Made by a program: the position numbers and the translations under genes. From Clostridia bacterium (lineage in GTDB: Bacteria; Bacillota; Clostridia; Peptostreptococcales; Anaerovoracaceae): a stretch of DNA of 36,304 bases. Each line of letters opens with the position of its first letter. Positions within the stretch are counted from its first letter, which is position 1. Where the stretch lies: contig JAKSSH010000001.1 of assembly GCA_024403155.1 (NCBI GenBank), forward strand, positions 1 to 36,304, written 5' to 3'. Below, piece by piece: positions 33,788 to 36,304 of the stretch. The notes under the pieces were generated by a model. It saw nothing but the letters and a program-made list of their open reading frames with translations, was not told where the DNA came from and searched no databases.

Positions 33788-35890
33788 TTACTTAGCGTAT
33801 TCATTCATGAGACTTACAGCCTTCTGAAGTCCTTCAAGTTCTGATGCATATATCTCATTCAGATAGTTTGTCTGCTGCTCTTTCAGTGCCTTCAGCATCT
33901 CGATTTCTTCTGAAACATCTGCATTCTTTTCATCATATTTAAGCTTCAGAGAATCAACGAGAGCTCTGGTATCTGCATGCGGATAATCAATCATGCCTTC
34001 ACCCCAGGTATCGCTTCTTTTTGCGAATAACTGGTTCTTCATGTAATCACATGTTTCTTCGTCAAATACCATGTCATACCACGACCAGTCAATGCCGCTG
34101 ATCCATTCATCATATGCTTCCTGTACATTGCCCTTCTTCAGAGCCTTGATTGCACCGTTTATGCATTCCAGATTTTCCTGATACATCAGGTTTCTGTCTT
34201 CGCAGTTAACGTCCATGAAATCAAGTCCTACAAGTGCATCTTCAAACGCCAGATATACTTCCTGAGTCTGCTTGTTCAGTTCTACAGCAGCATCTGCATC
34301 TCCGGATTTTTCTACCTTTTCCATCTTGGCCTGCAATGCCTTTGCAGCATCATATGCCTGTGCCAGGATTTCATTAAACTGATTTCCCGCATCTTTGGTA
34401 AGAGTTCCTTCAAATTCCTTGATTCTTGCTGTAAAGTTCATAGGTCTTACCTTGCACGCATCCAGGTCTATAACCAGCTTACCAAATGTATCAACCAGTT
34501 CCAGGTATCCTTCTTCATCCAGTGGTGTGTAATCCCAACTGTCGTAACTGGAATGATATGCTCTGTCATCATAATTTGTAGCATCACCATCAGCGCAGAC
34601 TATGGCAGGTATACCCTTACGAGCCCACATGAAGTCCTCAGTTCCTGTGCTTGGCAAATTGTAGGACCATTCATACTTGCCGGCTTCGTTCATGTCACCA
34701 ACACTGCTCTTAACAAACTTCTTCAGCTCAGGTGCACAATTAATTCCCTTGTATTCAGCGCCTTCGACTGTATATCCACCGTCATTGTTTACAATGCAGA
34801 ATCCTCCATCAACCCAGTCCGGGTGATTGTGCATTATTTCTTCATATGCACCAGCAGACCAGTCATATTCACTTCCTTCACGACCCCATTCTTCTGCACC
34901 GTGGAAGCAGAATCTTATGGTCTTGTCAGGAACATATCCGCTATCTATAAGAGCCTTTGCTATTCCCATTGAAACTCCGCAGCCCTGTGCATCATCATAT
35001 GAGCTATGGAAGTATCCATCAATGTGTGCAAATACGAAAACTGTTTCCGGTGTCTTTCCGGGTATCTCTCCCCAGACATTATGTGATGTTGCGTTTTCTG
35101 TTACAACAGAATCTGCATTAAACTTTACTTTAATTGAGGCCTCATTTGATCCATCTCCGTATTTTTTTATGGCCTTTTTAAGGGCCTTGCAATCGTCACT
35201 GCTTATTGCAAGAGCCGGGGCATCTGCTGGTCCGCAAATGTCCTGAACACCGATACGTTCTCCGGTATCATCACCCATATCTCCCATTTCTCTCATGGCT
35301 ATAGAACAAAGGGCGCCCTTATTCCTGGCCTGAACTGCCGGATAGTTGATCCACCAGTCTTCTTCCTGATTAATTTCATAGAGAACCAGCTTGCCTTTAA
35401 CATCGATTCCGTTGTAATCCTCTTCAGTACCTCTTCCCACATACATCAGTTCAACTTCCTGGTTGTCAGCCTGTATTGTAGTCTGATATCCTCCTAGGGC
35501 AATTGTCTGTTCCTTGCCCTTGGCATTTTTGAATGTAATATTTGCCCCGTTAAAAGTCCATCCATCAACGATGGCATCATCCATTGTTACATTCTGCAGA
35601 CCTATATCTTCCATGGTGTCTTTTATATATTCCGCAGTTTCTGTTTCTGCTGGTGAGGCAGCCGATCTCATTCCCACTGCTTCATCATCACCGAATTCAG
35701 CAATGGTCTTGTTGAAATTCTTTATAAAGTCCATATCAACTGCATCAGCAAAAGCATCATATACTTCACCATATCCGCTGCCACCTTCAGCAGATTCAGC
35801 GGTCTCATCGCTGCTGCCGCAACCAGTGATGCCAAACATTGTAAAAGCAAAAACGAAGGACATTAATATTGCCAGTAGTTTCTTCTTCAT
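33788..35890 (-). CDS. Lipoprotein M28-family metallopeptidase with PA domain
   Basis: Lipobox ITGC; PA motif YVGRGTEEDY..IDVKGKLVL; metal ligands FAHID, YDDAQG, GAEEWG, NND, YHSSYD; SD GAGGAGG before ATG 35890. Confidence 0.88.
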   Translation of the reverse strand: MKKKLLAILMSFVFAFTMFGITGCGSSDETAESAEGGSGYGEVYDAFADAVDMDFIKNFNKTIAEFGDDEAVGMRSAASPAETETAEYIKDTMEDIGLQNVTMDDAIVDGWTFNGANITFKNAKGKEQTIALGGYQTTIQADNQEVELMYVGRGTEEDYNGIDVKGKLVLYEINQEEDWWINYPAVQARNKGALCSIAMREMGDMGDDTGERIGVQDICGPADAPALAISSDDCKALKKAIKKYGDGSNEASIKVKFNADSVVTENATSHNVWGEIPGKTPETVFVFAHIDGYFHSSYDDAQGCGVSMGIAKALIDSGYVPDKTIRFCFHGAEEWGREGSEYDWSAGAYEEIMHNHPDWVDGGFCIVNNDGGYTVEGAEYKGINCAPELKKFVKSSVGDMNEAGKYEWSYNLPSTGTEDFMWARKGIPAIVCADGDATNYDDRAYHSSYDSWDYTPLDEEGYLELVDTFGKLVIDLDACKVRPMNFTARIKEFEGTLTKDAGNQFNEILAQAYDAAKALQAKMEKVEKSGDADAAVELNKQTQEVYLAFEDALVGLDFMDVNCEDRNLMYQENLECINGAIKALKKGNVQEAYDEWISGIDWSWYDMVFDEETCDYMKNQLFAKRSDTWGEGMIDYPHADTRALVDSLKLKYDEKNADVSEEIEMLKALKEQQTNYLNEIYASELEGLQKAVSLMNEYAK

Positions 35891-35948
35891 GTGTTTCCTC
35901 CTCTCAAATAAATGATATTCACAAATATATTTTACTATACTAAAGTAC

Positions 35949-35987
35949 AAAAACAAAACAAAAGATGGCAAAAGCATGCCATCTTTT
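35949..35987 (-). terminator. rRNA operon terminator
   Basis: AAAAGATGGCA/TGCCATCTTTT stem followed by GTTTTGTTTTT, just after 5S. Confidence 0.85.
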
Positions 35988-36001
35988 CAAAAAAAGAAAT
36001 A

Positions 36002-36117
36002 AGCGGCAACGTCTTGCTTTCCCAGGCGGTCGCCCGCCAAGTATCATCAGCGCTAAGGAGCTTAACTTCTGTGTTCGGTATGGGAACAGGTGTGTCCTCC
36101 CCGCTATAGTCACCGCA
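36002..36117 (-). rRNA. rrf: 5S rRNA
   Basis: Minus strand TGCGGTGACTATAGC...CACCTGTTCCCATACCGAACACAGAAGTTAAG...GTTGCCGC with closing helix; about 116 nt. Confidence 0.97.
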
Positions 36118-36203
36118 TATTTCATGTTTAATGTGCCAATGCACATTGAAAACTGAATACTGAATCGTGTAAAGCAAGAATCACTTGCTTATCCTAAAAA
36201 CCT

Positions 36204-36304
36204 TTGGTCAAGTATTCGACCTATTAGTATCGGTCAGCTAAATACATTGCTGCACTTACACCTCCGACCTATCAACGTGATAGTCTCTCACGGGTCTTAC
36301 CCAA
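36204..36304 (-). rRNA. rrl: 23S rRNA 3' end (partial)
   Basis: Minus strand GTTGATAGG...GTGTAAG...AGCTGACCGATACTAATAGGTCGA...CTTGACC, the conserved 23S 3' terminus, upstream of 5S. Confidence 0.95.

Noticed and set aside
1369-35915. Many antisense or alternate-frame ORFs in the track (e.g. 21130-21855, 10684-11295, 13047-13550, 8857-9372)
   Set aside because: They lie within well-supported genes, have no recognisable motifs or SD, and look like shadow ORFs.
10701-35977. Longer upstream starts given for pgsA, asd, rpmF, coaD, rpmB, nrdD, the GNAT, the small ORF and the M28 peptidase
   Set aside because: Downstream ATGs have better SD sequences and match family N-termini; the longer versions run through promoters or neighbouring genes.
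35912-36177. Four short ORFs at the right end
   Set aside because: They overlap the 5S rRNA and its terminator.
36118-36203. Hairpin AAGCAAG/CTTGCTT in the 23S-5S spacer as a tRNA or ncRNA
   Set aside because: No cloverleaf or T-loop motif; ordinary spacer structure.

Overview
AT-rich, gene-dense housekeeping region of a Clostridia-class Firmicute; an Anaerovoracaceae-like anaerobe is plausible but only inferred. Almost all genes lie on the minus strand, co-oriented with the end of an rRNA operon (23S 3' end and 5S) at the right edge. In transcription order: M28 lipoprotein peptidase, a small basic membrane ORF, tmk-holB-ricT-tRNA methyltransferase, a DUF948-like gene, abrB, murA, a plus-strand PepD-like lipoprotein, a GNAT, nrdDG (tandem NrdR boxes), rpmB, asp23-recG-rsmD-coaD, a coiled-coil gene, tmcAL, ackA, rpmF, plus-strand asd, ftsK-rimO-pgsA-cinA, recA (two LexA boxes), L21 leader-rplU-rpmA, obgE-HD protein-radical SAM pair, comEA, and a partial MtaD-like amidohydrolase. 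I saw no CRISPR array, tRNA, prophage or IS element. Most notable observations: a lipoprotein PepD homolog that appears to have lost its metal ligands; joint absence of prp and the L27 pro-peptide; L21 with a 70-aa tail ending in a small helical domain; an AT-hook-like motif at the FtsK N-terminus; apparently leaderless obgE and asp23 mRNAs; a tightly coupled obgE-HD-radical SAM operon; and promoters embedded inside upstream terminator hairpins. All family calls are by motif recognition by eye, not database search.
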